Assembly (NCBI GenBank): GCA_965207065.1
Contig: OZ242260.1
Location: 3,136,001-3,200,000 of the forward strand
Reading direction: 5' to 3'
DNA: 64,000 bases
DNA from: a bacterium
GTDB taxonomy: Bacteria; UBA8248
Shown here piece by piece: positions 29,984 to 38,626 of the stretch. Position numbers and translations under genes: made by a program. Each line of letters begins with the position of its first letter. Position 1 is the first letter of the stretch. Under the pieces are notes generated by a model that did not search any database, was not told where the DNA came from, and saw only the letters and a program-made list of their open reading frames with translations.

Positions 29984-30529
29984 TCATTCCTTTCCCGAGC
30001 GCCTGAATGACTCGCTCGGGGCACTGAAAACACCCAGAAAATCGGGACTGCTTCCATCTTTCTCGTGAGACCTGATGCTCAGGAACCCGCCTATCACAGG
30101 CGGATTGCCGTCAACATCCCTCAACCCGGAAAAAGAGCCAGCCCAGAATATTCTGGAAACAGATACGGCGTCGCGATCAGGATGCTTGACGCTTATCAAT
30201 TCGGGGTCTCTCGTGAGGAACGTTCCATCCGGATTGTACTGAACCGGCGTTATGTGAATTTCATAGTCTTTCGAATCAGCCTTGAGGGGCACGAAAGGAT
30301 TTCCCTACAACAGTTGTTCATATGCGCTTTTCAGGTGAAGTCTTTGTATGGTGATGTCGCCGACGCATCCCATGCAGCTGCTGAGCGTGCCGGCTTCGAA
30401 GTCGGCCTCGATCATCACGTATGCGGCAAATTCTTCCTGGGAAGTATTCCCCTTGTCTTCACCCCAATCATCTCCGTAACGGTACCGGAACAGGCCACCC
30501 ACCGGGCCGTCATAGGACATTGTCCCCAC
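29984..30529 (-). pseudogene. Fragment of a TbpB-like beta-barrel lipoprotein with an internal stop
   Basis: GTMSYDGPVGG..IEADFEAGT..(TAG 30305-30307, frame continues)..WAGSFSG..VIGGF..FLGVFSA. No 5' part is visible. Confidence 0.55.
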
Positions 30530-30764
30530 CTTCGAGCCTCTCCGCCACCGCGTGAGCCGCCAAAACGCCCGTTTCCAACACCGGGTTTTTCAACAGCCCC
30601 CTTTATGCAAGAGTTGGTTCGTGGTGTGGCGGACGGGCCGATACCAGAGATTGAGGATACGTATCCCGTCGCTGGCCGGCTTTCGTGAGTCATAAGGCAA
30701 AGACAGAAACTACCTCAGGCCAACGCTGACGTCGCCCCCTTCTTAATATTCCCTTAGAAATTGC

Positions 30765-30830
30765 GAAAAATTTTACCAAATCTCCCCATATATAGGGAAG
30801 CGCAGAAACGTGCAATTTTCTATACTTTAA
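30765..30830 (+). promoter_or_regulatory. Duplicated operator/promoter-like sequence, copy 1
   Basis: AAAAATTT..ATCTCCCCATATATAGGGAAGCGCAGA..ATTTTCTATA, similar to 33365-33430. Near-palindrome TCCCCATATATAGGGA. Confidence 0.55.
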
Positions 30831-32150
30831 TTATTGTCAGATTGTTTGGACTCGCAGAATTGAAATGGACCGAAACGATTGCACCGGACGACATAACAGG
30901 TGATTTTGTGTTTCTTATCCTAGGTGGAATCTGCATACTATTGCGTAGCGTTGGGCGAAGCTGCCTAATTGTGGAGGGCTCCCTTTCATACGCGCGTATC
31001 GTGTGGCGGAAGAAATCAGAGTACGGCGCGTTAGTATGCATGGGAGCACATCGACTATGATGGTGGATGAAGGCGGAAGAGCCGTAAATAGTAGGTGGTC
31101 AGATGAAATTTTAGAAGGATATATCACAATCAGGACTCAGGCGATGCGGAAGAGTTCCCCAATCCGCGTTTTGCTCGCCGCTTTATACACCTCCATGAAT
31201 TTTTTTACAGTTTCGTTGCGAAACCCTGATTCAGCACTTACCCAGTTGCGCAATCCGCATGGCGAAGCGTTGGTCATCGGCAAAAAGCACTACAGCCGCC
31301 GAATTATTCCCGACGTTTCGTTCGCTTGCCAAACTACGATGCTTTTCGGCTGTATGTGGAAAACGATCTCGGCTTTCATCCGAAAAACATCAATAAACAT
31401 CGAGAAGCGAGCGCAGTTGCTCTGCACTTTCGGTCGAAATCAAGGCAAGGTGAGCGATCTTCTGGTGAGAATTCTCCCGGACAGTAATCAGAAAGTTGTT
31501 CTCTACAAGCCAGGTCATGGGACAGCGAGCTTGAGAGACGGAAACGGCCGCCTCCTTCCGGCGGATATCTCTCCTCGCGAGGCGCAGGAAGAGGGATTGC
31601 CGCTCGAACTTCTACATTCTGCACCAGGGGATCTCTCGAACACAAAAAGCTTACAGCTGAACCAGAGCGTATGTTTCTCGGGGGCGGGTGATGAAGGCCG
31701 ACTCGTGCACAGTGCCAGTCATGTGATTGTGCGCCCGGCATTGCCAAAGGGTCTGGCGGGAAAGGTGTCGGCGGCCGGACCGGATTGCCGGGATGCAACC
31801 GCGTTGTCGGCTTACATATGGAGTCGTTCCGCTGTAGGGAGCGTAATTCTTCCGTATGAGCGTCGGCATAGCGAAGTGAGTTGCCACCTGCCGTCGATGC
31901 GCACGTTTCAAGATATTCAATTTTCGGTGGCGCCCTTCGTGACCGCTTCCGGAGCTATACTTGTCGAGTCCCGGCGGCGTGCGCATCACGGCGCCCATGT
32001 CGCCTGGCGGCATATGCAACAGTTTGCTCTGGCTTCGGCGAGCTCGGGGTCCATGATCGCAAGGGGGCATATGGTCAATAAAAGAGCGCCCTCGCCGCTC
32101 GATACGATGGGATACGGACTGGCCGGGCTTCCCCAGGGGAGGATGCGAGC

Positions 32151-33317
32151 ATGACAAAACGGGAGGCGTACGAGCGCATTCTGGCATCGTTGCACGAGGC
32201 GGCGCTGGACGATACCCGCTGGTCGAATGTCTCGAAGCTGCTCGACGATACCCTCGGCGTGTACGGCAACACTATTGGGATTGGCGACATACACTCCGGG
32301 GAGGACATCGATTACTACTACACGGGGATGTTCTTCCACGGACAACGGGACCTCGACTTAGAGCGCGAGTACTTCGACGTGTACTACCCCCGGGACGAAC
32401 GGGTCCCCCTCGTGCGGCAACTCCCCGACGGCCAATCGGCCCATATTTCCGATCTCTACACCAAAGAGGAGTTACGGACCTCCGTTGTATACAATGAATT
32501 TTTATACCGTGCGCACGCCCAGAACTGCATCAGCTATCGCCTCGACGGACCCATGGGCTCATCCATCGCCTGGTTTATCCACGACCCCCTCGTAAGTGAC
32601 GACTGGTCGTCCGCCCAACTCGACTTGATCCGGCGTCTTCTGCCCCATATACGCCAATATGTGCGCGTGCGTCAGTCGCTGGTGGGCGCCGGCGCGCTGG
32701 GCGCGTCCCTCACGGGATTGCTCGATTCGATCGGGGTGGGCGTCATCCAGCTCGACCGCCGTGGGCGGATTCTGGAAATGAATGACCACGCCCGGGATTT
32801 GTTGCGCTCCGGAGACGGTCTATTCGACGAGCGCGGGTTCCTGTTCGCCCGAAGGCCGGAGGACGACACGCAACTCCAGCGTTTGCTGAAGCGGGCGCTG
32901 CCGCCGCTCAGGTTCCAGGGCGTCAGCGGCTCGACGACGGTGAGGCGAGCATCGGACTTCCCGCTGATGCTGCACGTCAACCCGTTGGGCGGACAAGAGA
33001 GGGACTTCCGCGTATGGCCGGTCGCGGCGCTCGTGCTGGTCGTGGGCCTGGCGAGCCGTCTCCGCATCGATCCGGCCGTGGCCGAGTCGGTCCTCGGCTT
33101 GACGAAGATGCAGAGCCGGGTGGCGGTCCTGTTGGCCGAAGGCATGAGCGTCCCTGAAATCGCCGCGGCGATGGAACGAAAACCAAGCACGATCCGCACT
33201 CACGTGAAGAACATGTCGGCGAAGCACGGTCTCTCGCGCCAGGCCGAACTGGTGGGGCTTGTACTGCAATTGGCGAACGCTCCAGAAAGTCGAGACAGAA
33301 GGCGGAAGCAGTCCTAA
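32151..33317 (+). CDS. LuxR-family HTH transcriptional regulator with N-terminal sensor and PAS-like region
   Basis: C-terminal GLTKMQSRVAVLLAEGMSVPEIA..STIRTHVKN..KHGLSRQAELV. PAS-like GVIQLDRRGRILEMN. Confidence 0.9.
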   Translation: MTKREAYERILASLHEAALDDTRWSNVSKLLDDTLGVYGNTIGIGDIHSGEDIDYYYTGMFFHGQRDLDLEREYFDVYYPRDERVPLVRQLPDGQSAHISDLYTKEELRTSVVYNEFLYRAHAQNCISYRLDGPMGSSIAWFIHDPLVSDDWSSAQLDLIRRLLPHIRQYVRVRQSLVGAGALGASLTGLLDSIGVGVIQLDRRGRILEMNDHARDLLRSGDGLFDERGFLFARRPEDDTQLQRLLKRALPPLRFQGVSGSTTVRRASDFPLMLHVNPLGGQERDFRVWPVAALVLVVGLASRLRIDPAVAESVLGLTKMQSRVAVLLAEGMSVPEIAAAMERKPSTIRTHVKNMSAKHGLSRQAELVGLVLQLANAPESRDRRRKQS

Positions 33318-33364
33318 ATCAGCGCCGAGGTCGTTCGTTATTCCGAAAATTCCCTGGTTAATTG

Positions 33365-33430
33365 ATAAAAATTTCGCAATATCTCCCCATATCTGGGTAA
33401 GCGAAGACGTGTGTGAATTTTTTATAATTC
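33365..33430 (+). promoter_or_regulatory. Duplicated operator/promoter-like sequence, copy 2
   Basis: AAAAATTT..ATCTCCCCATATCTGGGTAAGCGAAGA..ATTTTTTATA, upstream of the lipoprotein gene. Confidence 0.55.
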
Positions 33431-33714
33431 AAACATCTCATCATCGACGTTGGAAAGGAGCCGGCGTGAAACTTCGTGGTGTTTGTGAGGATGTGCTCGC
33501 ACTCTTGGCGGTTTCAGGTATCAACGGATCCGAGGATTGCGGATTGCAGCAGACGGGAACAAAGCAGCCGTTAAAATATTTATCGTTTTCAAAAATTCGT
33601 TCTCGCTGCTGCGCCTCGTTGTCATGGCAGCCTTCTTGACGACCTACACCCGAGATCAGTTGCGATCAACAACCGTTAGCAATACTGGATATGACCTTTG
33701 ATTGGAGGTTTATA

Positions 33715-34518
33715 ATGAAAACAAGAAACATTATCTTGGTTATTTTCCTGTCCATGATTTTGTCGGCATGTTCCGGTTCATCGAATATGTCTGCTCCGGA
33801 GGAGCCGGCGATTGACCCCTCATCAGGTTTATATAAAGTCGTCGCTCTTTCCAATTCATTAAAAACGACTAATCTATATTTTAATGGTAATCAGATTCCG
33901 CTTGAAAGTTGCGGCGGGTCAATTTGTACTGCCGAGGGCGATATTAATATACCAGTCACATTGGCAGCGAGACGTCTTGCAGATCACGGCTTTGAAACAG
34001 AAGCGGAAATTGGCGGGGTTGAAATTGTCAGAACGGATATAGGTGATAACTGGGCGTTGCTCGGTGGATGGATGGATTATTCCGCATTCTTTGTCGTAAA
34101 AGATTTGTTTAGAAACGATAGTTTCTTGGTTTTTTCTCAATCTATAGGTCGGTTTTATTCGATTGACGATGCTCCTTTGCCCGTAGAAGGAAGTGCTTCT
34201 TATGAAGGCGGGATGGTAGGCACAAACATCATGACAACTGATCGCTATACAGGACAATCATCCTTGACTGCAAATTTCGGAGAAACCCCCACTATTGATA
34301 TTCATTTCACCAACGTTATGAACCTGAATACTGGTGTGGCTCACTCCGATATATCATATGAGGGTGCTCCAATAAGCGAAAGGAAGGGGATTTTTAGCCA
34401 ACCTTCAGACAGAAGTTATGTGAATGGTGAATTTATGGGACCGGATAACGAGGAAGTAGTCGGAGTATTTGAGCATGAAGACCTTGTCGGAGCATTTGGG
34501 GCCAAGCGCACGGAATAG
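33715..34518 (+). CDS. Surface lipoprotein with transferrin-binding-protein-like C-terminal beta-barrel
   Basis: Lipobox LSAC with Ser/Gly linker. GSASYEGGMVG, LTANFG, VNGEFMGPDNEEVVGVF..LVGAFGAKR. Confidence 0.85.
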   Translation: MKTRNIILVIFLSMILSACSGSSNMSAPEEPAIDPSSGLYKVVALSNSLKTTNLYFNGNQIPLESCGGSICTAEGDINIPVTLAARRLADHGFETEAEIGGVEIVRTDIGDNWALLGGWMDYSAFFVVKDLFRNDSFLVFSQSIGRFYSIDDAPLPVEGSASYEGGMVGTNIMTTDRYTGQSSLTANFGETPTIDIHFTNVMNLNTGVAHSDISYEGAPISERKGIFSQPSDRSYVNGEFMGPDNEEVVGVFEHEDLVGAFGAKRTE

Positions 34519-34880
34519 AGCGTGTCAGCGATAAATACCAAGTGTGGCCTTTAATTAATGCCACATTCTTAATTTTCACGACACAATTTGCGGGTGAATC
34601 CGCTACAGAATTATCAGACACATGAAATACTTCAAGATGTTTCGAGACAGCACGAGCAGCGACGTTGATTCTGATTGGCGGCGATCAATTGGAGTTACGG
34701 TCAAATCTGGTGTATGGCCATCCTGAATCCAGCGGCCCTCCCGCCCGTAACTTATTCATTCATCCATCGGCATCAACATCCACAAAGAAGGCAAAGAAAG
34801 CCGCTTACTTGCGAGCGCGCCGCGAAATCGATTTGCTTGAAAGCCCCGCACGACGTGTCCTACCACGGGAGATGCGCCTC

Positions 34881-36035
34881 ATGGAGTTGTTTTTCATAGC
34901 CTTGAAAAGAAAGAAAGCTCCAAGGTGGGCTTTCGTTCTGGCGTGTATCTGCATTGCGTTCATGCTCCCGAGTCCCCCCGCTCACGCCTTCATCGGAGTT
35001 CTCGAGCGTCGTCCCGTCTCATCCGTGGAGAGAGTCCACCGGGCCGTGTGGAAGATTGAAAATGTCGGGGAAGGATATTACGGAACCGCCTTCGCCATCA
35101 GCCGAAAAAACTTCCTGGCGGCCTTTCACACCTGGAACGGTCTTTTGAAAGAGGGAAGAACTCTGGGAGACATCCACCTCGTTCAAGAGGGAAACGGCCG
35201 GACTCACACCGTCTCCAGACTGCTCGCCGTTTCGGCCACCTACGATCTGGCTCTCTTCGAGATCAACGGGAGCGTGGAAGACTACCTGGCTCTGGCGAAG
35301 GGATTTACTCTCGGGCGAGGCGAGCGGCTCTACACTCTGGGCTACCTGGGTGGTGCTTTGTTCAAAGCCGTCCCGGAGTCAAGAGGAGGAGGCTACTATC
35401 AGGACGACTGGGTCTACGGCTTCGCGGCGAATCACGCCGATTTGCGGGGGATGAGCGGCGGACCCGTATTTGATTCGAAAGGGAAAGTGGTTGGGCTTCA
35501 GGCAACGGCTGGTACGAACATGCTATATGGCGTCAGGTCGAGACATTTGCATGGATTGCTCACCTATCGAGTGGGGATTTTGTGTCCGCGGCCTCGTGAA
35601 GCCAAGTCGTGCCTTCGTGCGGGGAAAAAGGACACCAGGAGAATAGCCGGGGCGGGAAACGCCGTTGCCCGGTACCAGTTGGGACACGGGGACAGCTACG
35701 TGAACGAAACCGATAGGGAGCGATTGGCGTCCATCGATCAGCTCAAAGCGTCCGCGCGAAACGGGTTCCCGTTTGCTATGAGAGCATTGGCGAATCTCAA
35801 GGTCCATGGCCAAAGAGGCCTGGAGAAAGACCTGGCATCGGCGGCTTCCTTGTATGAACGCGCGGCGGCGCGAGGCGAGCCCGCCGCCACGCATACGCTC
35901 ATACAGATGTACTATTACGGGATGGGAAAGGTCAAAGACGTGGACAAGGCCCTTGCGATGGCTCAAAAGGGGGTTGCCCGGGATTACGTTCCCATCGTGA
36001 AGTTCCTGAAAAAGATGCGAAGGGAGAATCCCTGA
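34881..36035 (+). CDS. Secreted trypsin-like serine protease with Sel1-like repeats
   Basis: Signal-like AHA. Catalytic triad AAFH / DLAL / GMSGGP. Sel1 repeats GLEKDLASAASLYERAA and YYYGMGKVKDVDKA. Start uncertain. Confidence 0.82.
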   Translation: MELFFIALKRKKAPRWAFVLACICIAFMLPSPPAHAFIGVLERRPVSSVERVHRAVWKIENVGEGYYGTAFAISRKNFLAAFHTWNGLLKEGRTLGDIHLVQEGNGRTHTVSRLLAVSATYDLALFEINGSVEDYLALAKGFTLGRGERLYTLGYLGGALFKAVPESRGGGYYQDDWVYGFAANHADLRGMSGGPVFDSKGKVVGLQATAGTNMLYGVRSRHLHGLLTYRVGILCPRPREAKSCLRAGKKDTRRIAGAGNAVARYQLGHGDSYVNETDRERLASIDQLKASARNGFPFAMRALANLKVHGQRGLEKDLASAASLYERAAARGEPAATHTLIQMYYYGMGKVKDVDKALAMAQKGVARDYVPIVKFLKKMRRENP

Positions 36036-36394
36036 TTGCGTGCGCGTTTTCCAGCAACGGTTTCAACAGCCGTCACAGGCTGCCGCCCATCATAGATGAT
36101 CACGGGTATGCGTCCCGTAACTTCTTGCTCGGAAGATCATCCTCTCTGTAATGAAGGCTGCTCTTCAGTCGCGCGCGGGCTTCGTCTTTGGACATGGGAC
36201 GGTGTAGCTGGATCAAATTCGAAGGCGCTGAAGCATGACCACAGGCAAGCCGCTTAAGGCCGGATATTCTAGGAAAATCCGACCCCGCCCCGCCTGGGTG
36301 CGCAGAAGTTGTAATTCGTCAGCTTTCGCTTTGATTACATGCTGTAGGTGGCGGATTGTGATCGAGATCGGGAGCCACACATATTTCCCAATGA

Positions 36395-36458
36395 GATCAA
36401 TGGGATAATGCAATTCCACTACCGCTGGAAATCCCCCACTGTCTGAAAACGGGCGAAA
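36395..36458 (+). repeat. Cargo-boundary repeat, copy C (core)
   Basis: TGGAAATCCCCCACTGTCTGAAAACGGGCGAAA (36426-36458) matches 38552-38584 at 31/33. Confidence 0.85.
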
Positions 36459-36685
36459 CATTCTCAACGAGTTCGCTATCCTGCTGGTCCACTTCAGGCC
36501 ATGAAATGCCGTACATCTGCAGGTCGTGATCGCTTCCTCTCCCGCGCGGCCACCGTTGATCATCTTCTGACTGCGACGAAACATGTTCCATCTTCCATGG
36601 ATGGTTCGCGCTGTATTTCCTTTTTAGAATCTTGAACAGCGGAAACCAGTCGGCGCCGGACCCCGACGCCTGGGATTTTGTAATT

Positions 36686-36713
36686 TGTCAGAAACTATTA
36701 TATATTTCTGACA
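36686..36713. promoter_or_regulatory. Inverted-repeat operator of the AbiE operon
   Basis: TGTCAGAAA-N10-TTTCTGACA directly upstream of the antitoxin RBS. Confidence 0.75.
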
Positions 36714-36728
36714 GAAAAGGGGTGTCTC

Positions 36729-37322
36729 ATGGAAAAACTGAGCGAAGCGATTCTGCATCACGCAAGAAACAGGCCCGAAGGCGTTCCGTTGAGCGCCAAG
36801 GGGTTGCTGCATCTCGGCAGCCGCGCCGCGGTCGATCAGGCCTTGTCGCGTCTTGCCCGTCGCGGTGACCTGCTTCGCGCGGGACGGGGCCTCTACCTCC
36901 TCCCAGTGAAGAGCCGGTTCGGCAGCCGGGCGCCCTCGCTCCAGAAGACGGTCGAGGCGCTGGCGGCCCAGCGCGGGGAGCGGATCGCTTCCAGCGGCGC
37001 CATGGCGGCGAATACGCTCGGCCTGACGACGCAGGTGCCGGTCAGGCCCGTCTTCCTGACCTCGGGACGCAGCCGTAAACTGAAACTCGGCCGTCAGGAG
37101 GTCGAATTGCGGCACGCGCCGCCATGGCAGCTCGTACTGAGTGGCCGCAAGGCGGGAGACGCCGTCCGGGCGCTCGCCTGGCTCGGACCGGAGAGGGCCG
37201 GGACGGCGCTCGATGTGATCGGGGGATCGCTGAGCCTCGAGGAACGCAGGGAGTTGGCCGATGTCAGTGCGCAAATGCCGGGATGGCTCGCGGGTCCGGT
37301 GAGTCGGTTGACGCATGGCTGA
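36729..37322 (+). CDS. AbiEi-like antitoxin (DUF6088-like wHTH)
   Basis: GSRAAVDQALSRL..LLRAGRGLY, AANTLGLTTQVP. Overlaps the toxin gene. Confidence 0.88.
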   Translation: MEKLSEAILHHARNRPEGVPLSAKGLLHLGSRAAVDQALSRLARRGDLLRAGRGLYLLPVKSRFGSRAPSLQKTVEALAAQRGERIASSGAMAANTLGLTTQVPVRPVFLTSGRSRKLKLGRQEVELRHAPPWQLVLSGRKAGDAVRALAWLGPERAGTALDVIGGSLSLEERRELADVSAQMPGWLAGPVSRLTHG

Positions 37323-38331
37323 GCGCTGGTTGGAACTCCAGCATGGTGATCGTCGGGAAGTGCTCGAAGTCGCCGCCGGCGCGTCCGGAAGGCCGGTGTA
37401 TCTGCTGGAAAAGGACATCTGGGTCGTCTGGGCCATCCAGACGCTCTTTGAAGCGCCCATAGGCGCGCCGCTCGTCTTCAAGGGCGGCACATCCCTGTCC
37501 AAGGCGTATCGCGCCATTGGGCGTTTTTCCGAGGATGTCGACCTGACCTATGACATCCGGGCGCTCGCACCCGACCTCGTCGCCGACAGCCCGGATGCTT
37601 TGCCGACAAGCCGGAGCCAGGAACAGCGATGGACGAGAGAGGTCCGCCGGCGTCTGGCCGCCTGGATGCATGACGAGGCCGTCCCGTTCCTGGAGAAGAG
37701 GCTGCATGCGGTAGAGACGGACGGCGGAATCAGGGTCGAGGATGGCGATCTCTTCATACGCTATTCGCCGCTGAGCGAGGGGACGGGCTATGTTCGACCG
37801 GAGGTGAAGCTGGAATTCGGCGCACGCGCCACGGGGGAGCCGAACTCGCCGATGCCGATCCGCTGCGACGCGGCTGACCATGTGCCGGATGTCGAATTCC
37901 CGACGGCGTTACCGCGGGTCATGCGGGCCGAACGCACCTTCTGGGAGAAGGCGACGGCCGCGCATGTCTACTGCTTGCAGGGGCGATTGCGGAGCGAGCG
38001 CTTCGCCCGGCACTGGTACGATCTCGCGCGGCTCAAGGACGCCGGCCTGGCGCGACGCGCTCTCGCAGACCGGGAAACCGCCAATGCCGTGGCGGCGCAC
38101 AAGGCCATGTTCTTTCGCGAAAAGGATGCGTCGGGAAACTGGATCGACTACGAAGCGGCCGTTACGGGCGGTCTGCAGCTTGTCCCAGCGGGAGACTCCT
38201 TGGCCGCACTGGCGGACGACTACGCTCGGATGGTTGAAGACCGGCTGCTGCTCGAGGAGGCCGAGCCGTTCAATGTCCTGATGGATACCTGTCGGGCAAT
38301 CGCGGAGCAGGCGAACCTGCTCGACTGCTAG
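37315..38331 (+). CDS. abiEii: AbiEii nucleotidyltransferase toxin (type IV TA)
   Basis: EKDIWV, FKGGTSLSKAY..RFSEDVDL, RTFWEK, RHWYDL. Confidence 0.92.
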   Translation: MAERWLELQHGDRREVLEVAAGASGRPVYLLEKDIWVVWAIQTLFEAPIGAPLVFKGGTSLSKAYRAIGRFSEDVDLTYDIRALAPDLVADSPDALPTSRSQEQRWTREVRRRLAAWMHDEAVPFLEKRLHAVETDGGIRVEDGDLFIRYSPLSEGTGYVRPEVKLEFGARATGEPNSPMPIRCDAADHVPDVEFPTALPRVMRAERTFWEKATAAHVYCLQGRLRSERFARHWYDLARLKDAGLARRALADRETANAVAAHKAMFFREKDASGNWIDYEAAVTGGLQLVPAGDSLAALADDYARMVEDRLLLEEAEPFNVLMDTCRAIAEQANLLDC

Positions 38332-38441
38332 ACGACCCACCCACTCTCGGGCAGCGTATCTATGATTCCTGCTCATGAGTAATCCATTTAGGCTGCACGG
38401 TGGCCAGGTAACAACCCGCCCGGACGCGCAGAAGTTAGAAT

Positions 38442-38586
38442 CCGCCCGCTTCCGGTTTGATTGCACCTTGAAGAAAGCGAATCCCCAACGAAACTCCCCA
38501 AAAACAAATACTCAAAATATTTTCAACAAACTACAAAGACTTCACGTCCGTTGGAAATCCCCCACCGTCTGAAAACGAGCGAAATA
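38442..38586 (+). repeat. Cargo-boundary repeat, copy B
   Basis: See copies A and C. Lies about 40 bp from the relaxase stop codon. Confidence 0.85.
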
Positions 38587-38626
38587 CGATTTTCCTACAG
38601 CTTGTAGATTTTCGATAGCTGATTTC

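Noticed and set aside
31003-32154. 383-aa ORF upstream of the LuxR gene
   Set aside because: No recognisable domain or RBS and atypical composition. Probably a chance ORF or decayed DNA.
30586-36071. IS-end-like TTTCAACAGCC at 30588 and 36061 as a composite transposon
   Set aside because: Same orientation, only 11 bp, and no transposase or target duplication seen
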